NCBI GenBank assembly: GCA_965112155.1
Contig: CBCOQI010000144.1
Length of the DNA stretch: 64,000 nucleotides
Reading direction: 5' to 3' (one strand)
Source: Podarcis liolepis
Taxonomy: Eukaryota
The notes under the pieces are model-generated. The model had not been told where the DNA came from. It saw only the letters and a program-made list of their open reading frames with translations, and ran no database searches. Made by a program: the position numbers and the translations under genes. Position 1 is the stretch's first letter; the number at the start of each line of letters is the position of its first letter. Positions 41,637-57,165 of this stretch are shown piece by piece.

Positions 41637-42209
41637 TAGGGATATTCTGATGGTCCAGCATGTTCTATTTATTTTTATTAAAATTATCTATATTCTACTT
41701 TTTAGGTAATTTGCCATCCCCACCAAAGAAACCCTGTCTTTAAAAAACAGATACCAATTCAACAAGGGGAATCGGATTAAAACATATACAAAGTCAGCAG
41801 TAAAAAAAATCAATACAATGTTGTAGCTTTGTCAGTGCATTTATGATAAACCCACATTCTCCACAATTTACTTTCAGCAAGGCGGGGGTGTCTGGGTGGT
41901 GGGCAGCTGGTGTCTGAATCCAGACACTCATGTACAAGCTCACTGAGGGTATAAGAACAGAGGTGTACATGCAAATGTACATCACACTGAAAGCAAAGAA
42001 GCACATCCTTATTTAGATGTGCATCTGATTTTAGGACATAAATCCTCAAACAAGGAAATCTGGGACACTGCAGAGCTCCCATAAATATTTGAGACCATGG
42101 GGCAGAAAGCCCTGAAGAAAAACAGCACTTGGTTTCAAACATCCCTACTTCCGCGGTTTTCAATGTGTAGGCCACAGAAATACAGAACACCTTGCACACA
42201 GACAACTCA

Positions 42210-42452
<243 letters not shown>

Positions 42453-43624
42453 TTAGCACAACACATAAATTCGATGCTTCTAATGAAAGATGTACAGCAC
42501 TACAAAAGCAGAGACGGGGGCATATCTCAAATTGAGATTAATAATAAATAATAATAATAAAATGTACTCTCATTCTAATTGGTTTATAATTACTATGTTT
42601 GGAGTGTACAGCCTTGAAGGCAAACCTCAAATAGGTCCGGAACTGTATCTAAAGTAAATAGCTTTCAGAAAAAACCACAGTCCTATTTAGTGGTCACGTA
42701 CATAAAGTTAAACAACCCTTCCCCAACATGGTACCTTCCAGATGTTGTTAGAACTCCCATCATCTCCAACCATTGGCCATGCTGTCTGAGGCTGTCTGGG
42801 AGTGGAGTACAATGTCATCTACAGGGCACCAGGGTTGGGAAGGATGGTTGAGCCACAGTGAAATCCAGTTTTCGGCTAAGCACATAAAACATGTTGGTAT
42901 AATCTGAGAGTTCAGAAAATTCTAGAATACTGAACTCCATTCTAGATGTTAATTCCCTATTTGTGCAATTTACTGGAAACACAATTCTGTACTTACCTTT
43001 TGGTCCCCTATCTGCGACTGCTACCCTTTTCAGAGTGCATATCGCGAGTCTCGCTAACTGAAGAACAGTAAGCCTGAGAAGTGCATCTGGAGTGTGAAGG
43101 GGCATATTCAACATCTAATAATAGCTCCTCTCGTCATATTATTCGAAGTGAAGAGTTGCTTGTTAAGGATTTCAGCATAGGTAAGCAGACAGAAGCTTTT
43201 TAATACCTTGGGTGCCATCCAGAGAAAGTTAAGCACTCTTAACTCAGACAAAAACAAGTTAAAAACTCATCAAGAGTCTTTGTACAGATTACCACATGGC
43301 CATAAGCCCAGGTTCATGTCCAAGTATATACTAGACAGGGAGCTGCAGCCAATTTTAACTCAGAGAGGTTAAAGAATCACATGGCTAGAAGGGAAAGGTC
43401 ATCTAATTTAACCCCCATGCAGGTAATTCCACTTCTACAGCACCCCTGTCAGAGGCCAAGGCCTCTACTTCAAAAACCTCTAATGCGTAAGAGTCTACCA
43501 TCTTCTGAAGACAATCTATTGCATGGTTGAACAACTTGTACCCCAGGAAGTTTCTCCTAACGTTTGGTGGAAATCCTCTTTCCTTGTAAACTGGACCTGT
43601 TGGTTTGGGTCCTACTTTCTGAAG

Positions 43625-43670
<46 letters not shown>

Positions 43671-43675
<5 letters not shown>

Positions 43676-44870
43676 GCTCAGATATGTTGACGACACCTTT
43701 GTAATTTGGCCACACGGGAAAGAAAAACTAGATAGCTTCCTCACACATCTCAACAGCCTACACCCCAAAATACAATTCACTATGGAAATAGAAGCCAACA
43801 ACCAGCTTCCCTTCCTTGACGTCCTAATCTACAAAAAACCTGATGGCTCCCTAGGACACACTATCTACCGGAAAAAAACACACACCAACCGCTACTTACA
43901 TGCTCAATCACACCACCACCCTGCACAAATAAACTCCGTAGCCAAGACCCTCATCTCCAGAACCAAACGCCTGGCTGACAAAGACCACTTGACAACTGAG
44001 TTACAGAATCTCTCAAATGTGTTAATCGCCAATGGATACCAGCAAAACAGGGTTAAGAAGCTAATCCAAAAAGAAACACCCCCCAAAAACCAAGACACGG
44101 AAGAAAACAATGGCATGGCCCTCCTTCCTTATATCAAGGGCACTACAGATAAAATTAGCAAAATCCTCCATAAACACAATATCAAAACAGCCTTTTGCAC
44201 CAACCAAAAAATAGCCAATATCCTCAGAAACCCCAAAGATAAAATCCAGTTGGAAAACCAAGGGGTCTATGAAATACCCTGCAAAGTCTGCCCAGCCACG
44301 TACATTGGACAAACAAACAGACGAATAAATGCACGTATCGCAGAACACAAGAATGCCGTCAAAAAAGAAGAAAAATCTTCCTCTCTTTTCCAACACATGA
44401 AAGAAACAGGACACGAAATTAATTTTGCAGATTCCAAATTGCTCTTTAACATGGAACATCACCACAAGAGAATAATCATGGAAGCCATCGAGATAGAGAA
44501 ACACCCTCACAACATGAACAAGCGTGACGACACGTCCCGCCTGCCAGACATCTGGAAATTAGCCCTCCCCACAAAAACCGACACCAGATCCAGAGGCACA
44601 CAGAACGCCACCACCAATCAACCACACCAGACCCAAACCCAGACCCTCTCCACAGATAAATTACAGACACCATCCAGTAACCAAACCATAGTGGCAACTC
44701 CGGATGCTGCACCCCCCTGCAATCCCTACACAGATCTGGCTGGCACAGGGCACAAAACCACAGCTCGCCCCTATACACGAAGCCAAGCCAAAGCACAACT
44801 AAGTGCAGTACAGCCATCTTCCCAGAAAAACTCTTCACAAATTCAAGAGGTCAAGACACGAAGGCTTTAG
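43671..44870 (+). CDS. PLE reverse transcriptase C-terminal half plus GIY-YIG endonuclease (no native start)
   Basis: Extends ORF-track 43782..44870 by 37 in-frame codons to the insertion edge, including YVDD. No stops or frameshifts over 400 codons. Confidence 0.88.
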
Positions 44871-45100
44871 CAACTAATCCACACCTAATGACCCACCTAA
44901 GTGGTACTCAGAATATCACTCAAGAAATCACTCAAGATATCCCTCAAGTAATTAAGGAACAAAAGAAGAAAAGAACACTAGCCTGGGAACTTCCCCTCTG
45001 CCCAGAACTTTTGAGGCAATACACCACACCCCTCTACAGTATTTATAGGAACTCAAACACTGAGATCCCGCTCTGTTCCAGTAACAAGAAGCCGAAAGCA

Positions 45101-45145
45101 CCAGCCTGAAGATGACGAGTGAGACCTCGTCGAAACGTCGCCTAG
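45101..45145 (+). ncRNA. Minimal type I hammerhead ribozyme motif in PLE pLTR
   Basis: CTGAAGA (45106-45112), stem II GACGAG/tgagac/CTCGTC, GAAA (45132-45135), then CGTC. Confidence 0.72.
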
Positions 45146-45190
45146 ACACCCCAACTTTTACACGGGAAGACACCCGAGGACACCAAAACC

Positions 45191-45247
<57 letters not shown>

Positions 45248-45639
45248 ACACACACACACAAATTTGCTCCATCCATGTGAAAGCCCATCAAATATCACAT
45301 CATCTCTCAATCGAATTGTGATTTTGCCACCCTAGATTAAAGTCAACTCTATCCTGCCATCTTGTTGTAGGGTGGTTTTGGGGTAGGTGGGTGGGTTCAG
45401 AGGAAGATTCCCCTTTTCCATGAACCATACAACTGGGTGTTACAAAAAATGAAGGAAAGGGCTTCAGTCAAGAAAACTGTGAACTCTATCGACACAAACG
45501 CTTTAAGAATGAAGGTCAAATGTGGCCCTCCAGGAATCTCTGTCCTAACTCCTGCCTGGCGCTGTTTTGCACACTCCTTGAGCGTTCTTGCCAGGCTAGA
45601 ACGCACGTTGGAACTCCACTGGCAGCTGTCATAAGGATA

Positions 45640-46030
45640 TTTGGAATGAGGCATCAGTAATATGTGGATGACACCCAGCTGTCTCTCCAATCCATTGGAA
45701 TAAGGAGAGGAGGTTGAAGTGCTAGACTGCTCCTTGGAGGCAGTAATGGGCCGGGTACAGGCCAATGAACTGAAGGGGAATCTTGAAGAGGCAGAGGGGT
45801 TATGCATTCCAAGTTCTTGAGTCCAGGAGGAAGATGTCTTCTCCTGGGCAGGTTACACTCCCCTGGATGGAGCAGGTTCATAGCTTGGGGTGCTACTGGA
45901 TCCAACACTTTTACTGGAGACTAGGCAGGCTCAGTGGCTAAGCACACCTGTTTCCATCTCTGGTTTGCCAGCTACAGAGATTGTCACTGTTCTCCATGCT
46001 CTGATAATCTACAGACTGGACTATTGCAAT
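45640..46030 (+). mobile_element. Old L2/CR1-group RT remnant
   Basis: tatgtggatgacacccagctg (YADDTQL-like) and agactggactattgcaat (RLDYCN). Confidence 0.6.
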
Positions 46031-46156
46031 GCAATTGGACCCCCAAGGACGTACTCTACAGGGAGCTGACTTCAGGAACCAGGTTCATTGGCAGACCAAC
46101 TCTGTGTTGCAGAGTCGTCTGCAAACACGACATGAAGGCTGGCAACATTAATATTA

Positions 46157-46476
46157 CAGTGGTGCCTCGCAAGACGAAAATAATCCGTTCCGCGAGTCTC
46201 TTCGTCTAGCGGTTTTTTCGTCTTGCAAAGCAACCCTATTAGCAGCTTAGCGCTATTAGCGGTTTAGCGGCTATTAAAGGCTTAGCGGCTAAAAGGCTAT
46301 TAGCGGCTTAGAAAAAGGGGGGGAGCGGAAAAAAATGGCAAGACTCGCAAGACTTTTTCATCTTGCGAAGCAAGCCCATAGGGAAATTCGTCTAGCGAAG
46401 CAACGCAAAAACGGAAAACCCTTTCGTCTAGCGGGTTTTTCGTCTTGTGAGGCATTCGTCTTGAGGGGCACCACTG
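46157..46476. mobile_element. MITE family B inserted in an RTE fragment
   Basis: TIRs and TA TSD. The internal (agcggct)-like repeats are shared, in reverse, with the 21195 copy. Confidence 0.85.
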
Positions 46477-46528
46477 TATATGTGGGAATCCTTTGCCAAT
46501 TACTGTAGTGCCTGGAGACAATCAGTTA

Positions 46529-46893
46529 CCGTATTTTTCGCCCTTTAGGGTGCACCGGCCCATAGGACGCACCTCATTTGGGGGGGGGATGAATAAAAAA
46601 ATATATCCCCCCCCCTCCAGCCGTGGGGCTGGGGCGGGGGAAGCCCGAGCTTCCCCTGACCCCAGAACAGGCTGCTATCCGCAAGCCTGGAGAGCCCGGC
46701 GGGAACTCCCGCCGGGCTCGCAAGGCTTGCGGATAGCTTCCTGAAGCCTGGAGAGCGAGAGGGGTCAGTGCGCACCGACCCCTCTCGCTCTCCAGGATTT
46801 AGCGAAAGCCTGCATTCGCCCCATAGGATGCACACACATTTCCCCTTCATTTTTGGAGGGGGAAAAGTGTGTCCTATAGGGCGAAAAATAGGT
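46529..46893. mobile_element. MITE related to family C, inserted in an RTE fragment
   Basis: ta|ccgtatttttcgccc...gggcgaaaaataggt|ta, with internal GC hairpins. Confidence 0.78.
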
Positions 46894-47349
46894 TATGTAT
46901 CAGTGACCAGAGGAGGAATGACTGTTGGGAGGAGCACAGCAAGAATGAATGTCATGGTACACCTGTAGCAGCAAAACTAGACATTTTCATCTGCCCCAGA
47001 TGCAACAAAACATGTCTCTCCCGTAGCAGTCTCTACAGCCACAGCTGGTGCTGAAACTCAACAATGGTTTGACTTCACCCCTGAAGCCACACTCTTCCAC
47101 TGTCTCCTGAGGCAAACGGATGTCAACCATTAACCCCAAGGTTCATTCCCCCATGGCTATCCCTCCACTCCCCACAGACACTGCCCATCCCCCACAGCAA
47201 TTTGAAAGGCCAAATGTTAAACAGAAGAAGTGATGCAAAACTAACCATATTATCCTATTTTACATAAATCATTTTTAAGAAATCAACCACATACACAGCT
47301 TGGCTTTTCTTTTTTAAGATGAATGCACAAAGCCCAAAGAAATCAGAAA

Positions 47350-47510
47350 TTGTTGTTGTTTAGTCGTGTCCGACTCTTCGTGACCCCATGGACCAGAGTA
47401 CGCCAGGCACTCCTGTCTTCCACTGCCTCCCGCAGTTTGGTCAAACTCATGCTGGTAGCTTCAAGAACACTGCCCCACCATCTCGTCCTCTGTCGTCCCC
47501 TTCTCCCCAA
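47350..47510 (-). mobile_element. BovB (RTE) extreme 3' end
   Basis: RRGRQRTRW..VLEATSMSLTKLREAVEDRSAWRTLVHGVTKSRTRL followed by an (ACA)n tail. Confidence 0.85.
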
Positions 47511-49283
47511 ACAAATGCCCCACATTGAGAAGGTCATTATGTGGGAGGGAAAGGAAGGGGCAGGCTACCTTAGGAGATTAATAGTAAACTCCAGCTGCAG
47601 CCACAGGATAGAAGTCCATAGGTTTGAATGCCTGATGTTCTATTGTGTTTCTATATTTTGCTGGAAGCTGCCCTGAGTGTCTAGGGCAACCAAGTCAGTT
47701 GAGCGGCTAATAATAATAATAATAATAATGGCTTGCACCAACTTAGCATCCACCAGGCTCAGTAAGGTGGGTCCTGGGCTGAGCCAGATTGGGAGAGATA
47801 GACGACCATATCTCCAGCAAAGCCAAGGATGTGGGAGTTAAGCTGGCCTGGCTGTACCAGGAACCTCCTGGCTTAGCTGGAGATCCATTGGATCCTAATC
47901 CACTCACCCCAGCGGAGTTTGCTACAGGACTGCTCTCTAAACAACGCAGCCTTTGATTTATTCTCAGAAAAAACCCTGATCTATTCTACTGCAAGCCTCA
48001 CTGAAATCTACAGGCCAGTTGCCAGTACAGTCTAGAGTCCTCTGTAGACATCTCCGTGCTTCAGTTTTCAAATGAAGAAATACAGATATGTTTTCTGGAC
48101 AAACAGTTAGCAATATGCAACTGCCAACATGTCTTCAAGATCAAAGTTTTAATGCCAAGAGCTAAATGCAGAACCCGACCAGAATTCAGAATAGCAGCCC
48201 TTGGAGACTAGTTTTAATCAAAACAGGAGTTTCACAGTGTGAGCCTATGCATGACTACTGAGAAGCAAGTCTTATTTAGTTCAATGGGACTTATTACCTA
48301 GCCAAGGTCTAGCCTAGCAATATAGCAAAGACAGCTCTGCTGTGGCAGAGAATCCTTCTCCTTATTCAACACTTTCCCGACTTTAGAACAATTTGCAATT
48401 AACACCTGTTCATCCTCCAGCTCCATGAGAGGGAACGCGTGGTGGTTACAAGTTATTATTTGTAATAACGCATCACCTTGAAATATGCCTACTATTAAGT
48501 ATGAGCTGGTGTTTGCACAGTTATTTCCAGAATCTCATAGAAGTTAATAGACTTCACTGCTAATTAAGCTAGAAATAAAGGACATCTATATACCAATACT
48601 GATTTGAGTCTTTCTGTGCACTTACCACTTTACTGATGCATTAGAGATACAGGCAGACTTTAGGATTAAAATACCCCTTAAGAACACATTCCACCAATAC
48701 TCAATGGCATGGAGCCAACAAGGGACTGAGGAACAGGAGGTCGGAGAAAAATAGATATGCAAGTTCAGAAAGAACCAGTTCATGATCTGGATAGATCACA
48801 TCCTTGTGCATACTTAGGAGCTGTTTTCCCCCCAATGTCCCCAGGGGCTGAGGGGAGAGCTGTCCGTACACATCAGAAGAAAAAATTAATAGAGAACAAG
48901 TGCAGCACCTCGCCGCTCTGCCATCCATGAACCAGAATGCAGAGTTGTGAATCTACAAATAGCCCACCTGAGGACTGAGCCAGGGGCTGGTCTTAATATT
49001 AGGCAGGATATGTCAGCAATCTCAATTAGCTGGCTTTGAGTGCCACAAAAGGGAAGCAAACTGTTAATTGTTTAAGCAAACAACTATTATTCCATCTTTA
49101 CTCTTGGGAAGGGGTACCTGCAGGATTTTTCTGCCTTCAGTGCCAAAACAACTCGGCTGGCCTGTGACACAATGCACTTTGTCTGGTGGAAGTGGGTCAG
49201 AGATGACAGGAAGCAAAAAGTCCCAGGCCAGCTCTGGTCCGATCAGAAGAGGGGGAAGAGAGAGAACTGAATGCCTGTTACGG

Positions 49284-49406
49284 TAAGGTTACCAGATTTT
49301 TTCCAATGAATCCGGGGACACTTTTCAACTTCAATGGATTTTGTATGGGGGCTGATTTGTAAATCCGGGGACTGTCCCCACGAAACGGGGGCGTCTGGTA
49401 ACCTTA
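49284..49406. mobile_element. 123-bp hAT-type MITE
   Basis: TIR taaggttaccaga/tctggtaacctta; 8-bp TSD tgttacgg/tgttatgg with one CpG-type mismatch. Confidence 0.8.
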
Positions 49407-52400
49407 TGTTATGGTGGTATGGAGGAGAGTGAGAGAAAGATGGAAGAAAAACTAGGAGAGGGAGTGCGAACCGAGAAAAAGTTCCCGAACAGAAGCACTC
49501 CACAAGGAAACATCTTGTTGCAGGACCCCAGCTGCTGACCTTTAATTGTCACTGTACTCTTCTTTTCCTCCATAAAGTAAAAGTAAAAACTGACTATGTA
49601 ACCACAGTTACAGCCCAATCCAGGGTATGTGTATTAATAAGGAATGCCCTTTGACTTCAGCTGTTACAACCCTCTCTCATCCTGGCTAGGACAAAAGGTG
49701 AAGAGGCAGCAGAAAAGGCAACTTGGGAAATATTTTTGCTTAATAATGATATTGGAAAGCTGTTACATCCAGATACAAGGAAACTCAGAAGGGAGGGACT
49801 AGGTAGGGGAAGTCAATAATATGTTTATAAGGTTGGATCTTTAAAGAACTAAGTTTGTTCTTATTCTTTATTTGTGTATTGTTTTCTTCTTCGATGTATT
49901 TTGTTGTTTTTTTGTTTCTGTTTTTGTTTGTTAGTTTGTTAGGCGATATTTGTTATAATTGTGGAAAACTTAATAAAATTTTTATAAAAAAAAGAAAAGG
50001 CAACTTGGAGCTGGCATATCAGACTGGAATCGAGCCCATGTCATCAACTGATGTCAGAGGGGGCAGTTCAGGATCCAGCAGATCCCAGGATAGCTCAATC
50101 CCTTCCCATCCTGCCACCAAAACACCAGGGAAGCCCACCAGCAAGAAGAATGTTATCTTTGTTCTTTCTCCTCTGGAACTTGGATCATTGCTCCATTTAA
50201 TTCCTGACCAGCAGCAGTCCTGCAGGGTCTTTGCCAGTCCTGTTATCTGAAAATTGTTAACCGGAATGATTGATCCCGGTGCCTTCCGCATGCAATGTGT
50301 CAGCCACCTGAAAGTCATCTCTGGAAAACCACCAGGGGGTGAGGAAGAACCACCAATTACCTTCAAATTTCAAAATATTTGCTGCCTGCTCGCCAGGGGT
50401 GATTATTACTTACTGCAGGCAACCAGGGGCACAGCTCCACATGCCTATTTACAAAGAGTAAACTATGATTACTTGGTGGTGAGAAAAATACACTCTGTGT
50501 ATGTTCAGATGTGCTTCACATTTTCCATGACTGAGCCTTGATTTTTATTTTTATGTGCATCTGAGCTCTCCTTAGTTACCACTAACTCAAGTCCATTTGC
50601 AGGTCAGTTACCTTAGAAATGCAGCCTTAAATCAAGGCACGTTACACCATTGAATTTTGGGAAATGCTCCTTTCTGTCTTCATATATAACTGCACCTAGT
50701 TGATTTCCACCAGTCCTCTTGCCAGTTACAGTGATACATACTCTACAAAATTGTATGTAGCCCCCTGGAATTAAAAATCATGAATGCATCTATTAACCAC
50801 ACTGGATGTGAGCCAGTTAGAATTAAATACATGTAAATGCCACTGATTATAATGGGGCAGAGAGAGAATGAGGCAACTGCTGCCTCATTCACTCCTATCA
50901 AAATCAGTAGGATTTAAATGTGTTCAGCTTCATGCGGACTGACATCCATTCACAAGAGCAGATGTGTGTTTTGTGCGTGTGCAAACAGAAATCATTTGCA
51001 TTGACATATATTCTATACTATATACTTTGAAAAAATGAGGCACATCAAGCTTGGGACAATTTGAAGCATTATTCTCCGTACTTTGAAAAAGTGGTATAGA
51101 ATTTATTTATTTTTAAAAGAAAAGGTAACATTAACACAATTCCATCCTACAATGCATCAATCTTCAGCTGGTGGGTTGAACTGTGATGTACAGCTATGTC
51201 ACAACTAGAGTCAAGGTGTGTTGCACCAAAGTGACTAACATTTTGGGGTTTTTTTAATTTTTAAGAAAAGGAGCAGGAAACTGATAGGGAGAGCGCAGAA
51301 TGACCAGAGTAGAAGAGAAAGACAGATTACCAGAAAGGACTATATTATACGTGAATGTATTTAAACCCTAACAGCTGCTTCTTCTAGCAGAAAAGAGGAT
51401 TTGGAAGGAGGCAATTTTGAGTGAATAAGCTGTTTTGCGCCTGTGATTGAGCATGCATGTTCACACTTAGCCCTTCTTCCACCTGACACTTTGTTTGCAG
51501 CTCTCCCCACCCCACTCCTGCAAGGGTTCCAGATGCATTTTTGAGATGCAAGCATGCATTACAGAACCCACTGGGGAGGTGGCATCTTGGGGTGAGGGGA
51601 AATTGTGGTGGTAGGAAACTGGCGAAGGAAGGAATACTCAAGCATTCCTCCCCCCACGCTTCCCTGGAAGAAGCAGCCATCAAGATTTGAATATACAAAC
51701 ATTTTTGTTTAATATATAGCTTGCCCCAGAGAGAAATGAGAAGCACAGATAAAGAAGAATCAACAACAAGAAATAAAATGAGAGTGGATTTCTGTTGCAG
51801 ACAAGAATTAAAACAAGGGTCTGAAAAGACTGGAGGTTGCTGCTACCATCTCTGCAGTATTTTTTTAACAATGAGAGGGGGCGGTTTGCAGGCTACTTCG
51901 ACTGTCACACTTTACACAGTTTGCTGCAGCTGTATAAATCACTGGTGCTACCTCCATTTTCATTCTGCTTCCAGAGCTACTCGCAGCTTTGCTTCACAAA
52001 GCATCCATTCAGGAGCAAGCAGCAGCCCTGGCGGATAAGGGTTGCTGACCACAGTCCTGAAATCCCTTGTGATCTTTTTCAAAGCAATGGGATCTCAAGC
52101 TTCCACAGAGGCATCAGTACTAACGAGGCGTCGTTTTCAAGGCATTCCCCATTATCTTCATTGCCATTTATGACATGCATAAAATGCTAATTCATAAGAT
52201 GCATCAAATAAGCCCCACTGATTGCCTTTGGGGGTTCACTAATTGGATGCAAGCTTTGAACAAAACCACATTTTTTTGCATGTCAGGTTTCCCTCCTCCT
52301 CCAAACTGGCAGAGCGGCGTTTAAATGTAGTATCTCAGCAGCACTGCTCAACAAACGTTAAGGTGCTCAACCAAGAAAAAAAGGAGCAAAGAATGAAAAA

Positions 52401-53165
52401 CATGTTCCGTTCAAGCCATTAACTCCATTCTGACTTCCTTTTCAGAATATAAACTATTACTTGGCTGCTGCCCCCCACCCATTTTCAGCGATATTCCTGG
52501 AATTTTATATTAAATGAACATCAAAAAGGCTAGTGGTGGGAAAGGATTTTCTGTGGGTGCAATGAAAGCTTATAACCATTCTAAAATTTGCTCAGGTGTC
52601 AGAAGACCTCTGTTTGGTTTTGCTGCAACCAATGGCTTACCCCTCTGGAAATCACACTAAATGAGAACATGCCATTGCCTTTGAGCGTGATCTACTTGAT
52701 CAGCCCAATGCAATAAGACGACAACTCCATTCTTAACACCATAGTCATTAGGCCGAAGCGTTTCTGAAGGATTCGGGGTGGGACGGGACCCCATAAATTT
52801 AAGCATGCAGCAAGGGCAGGATATTCCTAAACAAGCAGGATCAAGGAGGCAAATCCTGGGCTTGGGGGAAGCAGGAAGCGACAATACGAGTCCCCTAAGC
52901 GAGTCCCCCTTGGCGGGGGAAGGAGTTAATAATGATGACCGAGGAGACGTTAAGGGGGTGAAAAAGGCTGATTTAAATCGCTGCGAAACAGGATCAAGGG
53001 GGATTGCGGAGCTAATGCTAATAAGGCAGCCTTGAAAAGCGCCAGCTGGGGAGAGCAGAGAGAGGAGGGGGCTTTCCTTGGAAGGGCCCCAGGCGATGAG
53101 CAGGGGCGGGGGAACCCTTTCCTTCGATGAGGATGCAAGTAATATTATTATTATTAATATTATTA

Positions 53166-54200
<1,035 letters not shown>

Positions 54201-56989
54201 ACTTTGAGGGAAGAAAAGCCGTTATTTATTTTGAGGTATTTTTTTTTTAAGGCGCCAGCTTGTTGGGGAAATATAATAGCGGTTAGTTTTAAATTACATT
54301 TCTATCCCACCCAAAGCAGTGCGGGATTTAGGGCAGTGCGAGTGGTTCCCTCACAGAGGGCGCTGGATTGAAGAGGTGCATAATAATAATACCTATATTT
54401 ATCTTTATAAATACTGAGAAGTTCCAGTAAAAAAGCAATGCCAAAAGGAATCATTGTGAAACCAAGGGTATAGGGCAGTATATAAATTAAATTAATAATA
54501 ATAATAATAGTAAAAATAATAATATTGAGGGGGGAGGACAAATTTTGTCCTCTCTCAAGGTTCCATGTTACCAAAGTCTGCCCCCACCCAAAAGAGCCCA
54601 AGGTGGCAAACACATTAAGCGATAAAATAATTGAAACATCTAAGAGCTTTAATACATTCATAAAATATCAACACTGAATCAAACTGGATTATCTAAAAAC
54701 ACTTGGTTATTATTAGTGATTGTTTAACCCATGCTGTGCTGGAGGGTAATGGGCTGTGGCTGAAATCTCAGGGAAACAAATGGGGTGGAAGTAAATTTTG
54801 TGCGGTGGGGATTGCAAGCCCTGGCATTGCCCTTGGCATTGTCCCTGCTTCTCAGTGGACCTGTGAGCCTCCTGAATGCGTGTGAGGCAAGAAGGCTGCT
54901 CATACGCTGAGCCACTGTTTGGAAATGGCATTAAAGCAGGACGGGGTGTCGGTTGTGCACCTCTAGCCAAGCAGCGCACCATGCTCTCTGGCAACCGGAT
55001 GGAGCAGCAACTCTGGGCTCGGTGTGCATCGTGATCAGCTTCCTACTACACAGTAAGTGCCCTTGATGTGGAAGGTTGGCAACTCTCCCTGCCACCTTGC
55101 TGCCAACAGCAATCTTTGTGCTGCTCACCGCAGCCTGGTATTCTGATGTTGAGAACAGGCAAAGTGGTTCCTAGCATGGAGATCAAGTGATGGGGGAAGC
55201 AGCCTGTGCTTAATGTCTGTATGCTGAAAGTGCAGAAGCAAGGTCTCTGCAAAAGCAAAGTGACCCAAAAGTTTAGATTAGGTTGCAACTTTGGTTGATA
55301 TCCAGTGCTAGTTATCTACAGAGCAGGACCCAATGAAATTCATTGATTCCAGTGAATCTGCTTGGCTAGCTTATGCCCACTTGCCACCTGGGAGTAAGCC
55401 CCAGCTGAGCTCAATGACTTTGAGTAGCCGTGTCTAGGATGTGCACGTCGTTTCCGGTGAAATATGATAGCTGTGACTAACTCATCCCACTGATTTCAGC
55501 TGGAATGAAGTGTTACTTAGGCTGCAATCCTGTACAACCTTACCTGAGAACAAGCGCCATCTTACTCTCAAAGGCACATACTTCTGAGTAGACATTATAG
55601 GATTGTGCCTTTAGTCTGGATACAACCCACAGTAAAACCAGAGTTCAGAAATTATCCCATTCACAAGTGTTTCTAACAATCATTTGGTAGCAAGGTATAC
55701 TTGCATAAAACTATGGAAAGCTGGGGTGTTGTGTTTTCTTTGCTTAGTCTCTGGGACAAGACTTAGACGTATGGAAGCTTTGGCCCTCAATATGCTGCTA
55801 AACTACAGTACCCATCACCCCTGGCCATGCTTGGTGGGGCTGAAGGGAGTTGTTGTTCAGCAACGTCATGAAGGCCTAAGGTGCCCCATGCCTGGACTGG
55901 ATGGCCTTCAGAAACAGTACTAAAAACTATTGATCCAAATGCACCACAAAAATCTAGGCTTATATCCATTGCTGAATTAGGAAGCTCCCAGAATTACGTT
56001 CCTTCAAAAAGGGGGAGAAAAGATAACAAACCATATAATTAGAAGCTGAAACTGCTAATTTCAGTGTTGTAATTATGCAAATATAACATTGCTGAAACAC
56101 AAATCACCAATATAGGTTGATTGTTTTAAATGACTGATAACCTAAAGGGAAGCTGCACGTGTGCTTTCTATACCCAATCATTTGGAGGGAAGAGGTCCTT
56201 TTAATTCATATGTATTAACATGAAATGATTCCATTGTAGATGCACTGTAGACAAAGAAACACTGGAAAGATAAGAGTTTCATATTCTAAGACTGTGTTTT
56301 CATGAGCAAAATGCTAACATTGGGAATAGAATGCACATGGTTAGGATGGTAATTAAATTGCATTTACAAAATGCTTTTTTGTTTAAAAATACACAAAATG
56401 TACAATAAATCAAATAATGGATTTGATTTCTATAGAGCTAACTCAACAGAATGCATCTTTCTTATAAATGAATAGTTTTGCACCGCGGTTGCAATTTACT
56501 CAGAACTGTTCATTGGAGTTGTCCTGAGGGTTATGAGGGTCATCCAGACTCAGTGGACAGCATGTTGTAATTTATTTTCACAGTACAATACTTTGCAGAT
56601 AAAATTGCACGCCTCCACCTCAGTCTGAAAGCCAGTTTTGTTGCAACTAAGTTGCTGGCTGCTACTCAGAAGGCATCTTGTTTGGGTTCAGTGGATCAAG
56701 ATACTGTTTTTAATTCTGTAACAGAACCTGGGACCTTACGGTGAAGGGCGGAAAAATCAATCAATCAATCAAATCATGTCCATAAAGTGCACGTTTAGTC
56801 ATTCTTTGCTGGGGGAAGATGTCCATATAGGTCTGGAAGTTACTAATGCCTCTTTAAGAGATAAGATGGTCCCAGCTGCTTGGACCACTCCCCAAGAAAT
56901 TCTCTGAAAACCTGAAAATTGTTCTAATTGCTGGCTAGTCTCAACTCTGCACATTTTGGTTAAAAGTTCCCAAACACTCTTGAAGGACA

Positions 56990-57165
56990 CATTATGTGGA
57001 TCCATTTCAGTCTGGCATCTGGCCTGGGTTTAGTCCTGAAACTACATTGGGTGTCCTGATGGACAACCTGCGCTGGGAGAAAAAGGAGAACTATGGTGAC
57101 CTTTCTAATTCCCCTGGGCATCTCAGTGGTTTTCGATATCATGGGCCAAGGTATTTTTCTGGACT
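56990..57165 (+). mobile_element. Old L2 RT remnant
   Basis: DPFQSG.WPG.S.ETTL and a decayed DLS..FD motif. Confidence 0.5.

Larger units (their letters stand above)
43671..45194 (+). mobile_element. Penelope-like retroelement (Penelope/Poseidon type), 5'-truncated, in SLAIN1 intron 1
   Basis: Open frame 43671-44870 with RT motif IWLRYVDDTFVIW, then LPFLDVLI, YRKKTHTNRYL and a GIY-YIG nuclease (GVYEIPCKVCPATYIGQT..RIAEH..QH). A 3' pseudo-LTR (about 44936-45194) follows. Flanked by (TA)n at 43626-43671 and 45195-45238. Confidence 0.93.
43374..45293 (-). mobile_element. Old CR1 3' remnant split by the Penelope insertion
   Basis: agaatcacatggctagaaggg..ggtcatct..gaagtttctcctaa..gggtcctactttctgaagc on the left resumes as ttgctccatccatgtgaaagccc on the right of the PLE. 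Confidence 0.5.
46041..47127 (+). mobile_element. RTE-clade LINE 3' fragment carrying two nested MITEs
   Basis: PKDVLYRELTSGTRFIGRPTL..VCKHDMKAGNI (same family as 3052-3276) and a downstream FICPRCNKTCLSRSSLYSH zinc finger. Confidence 0.75.
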
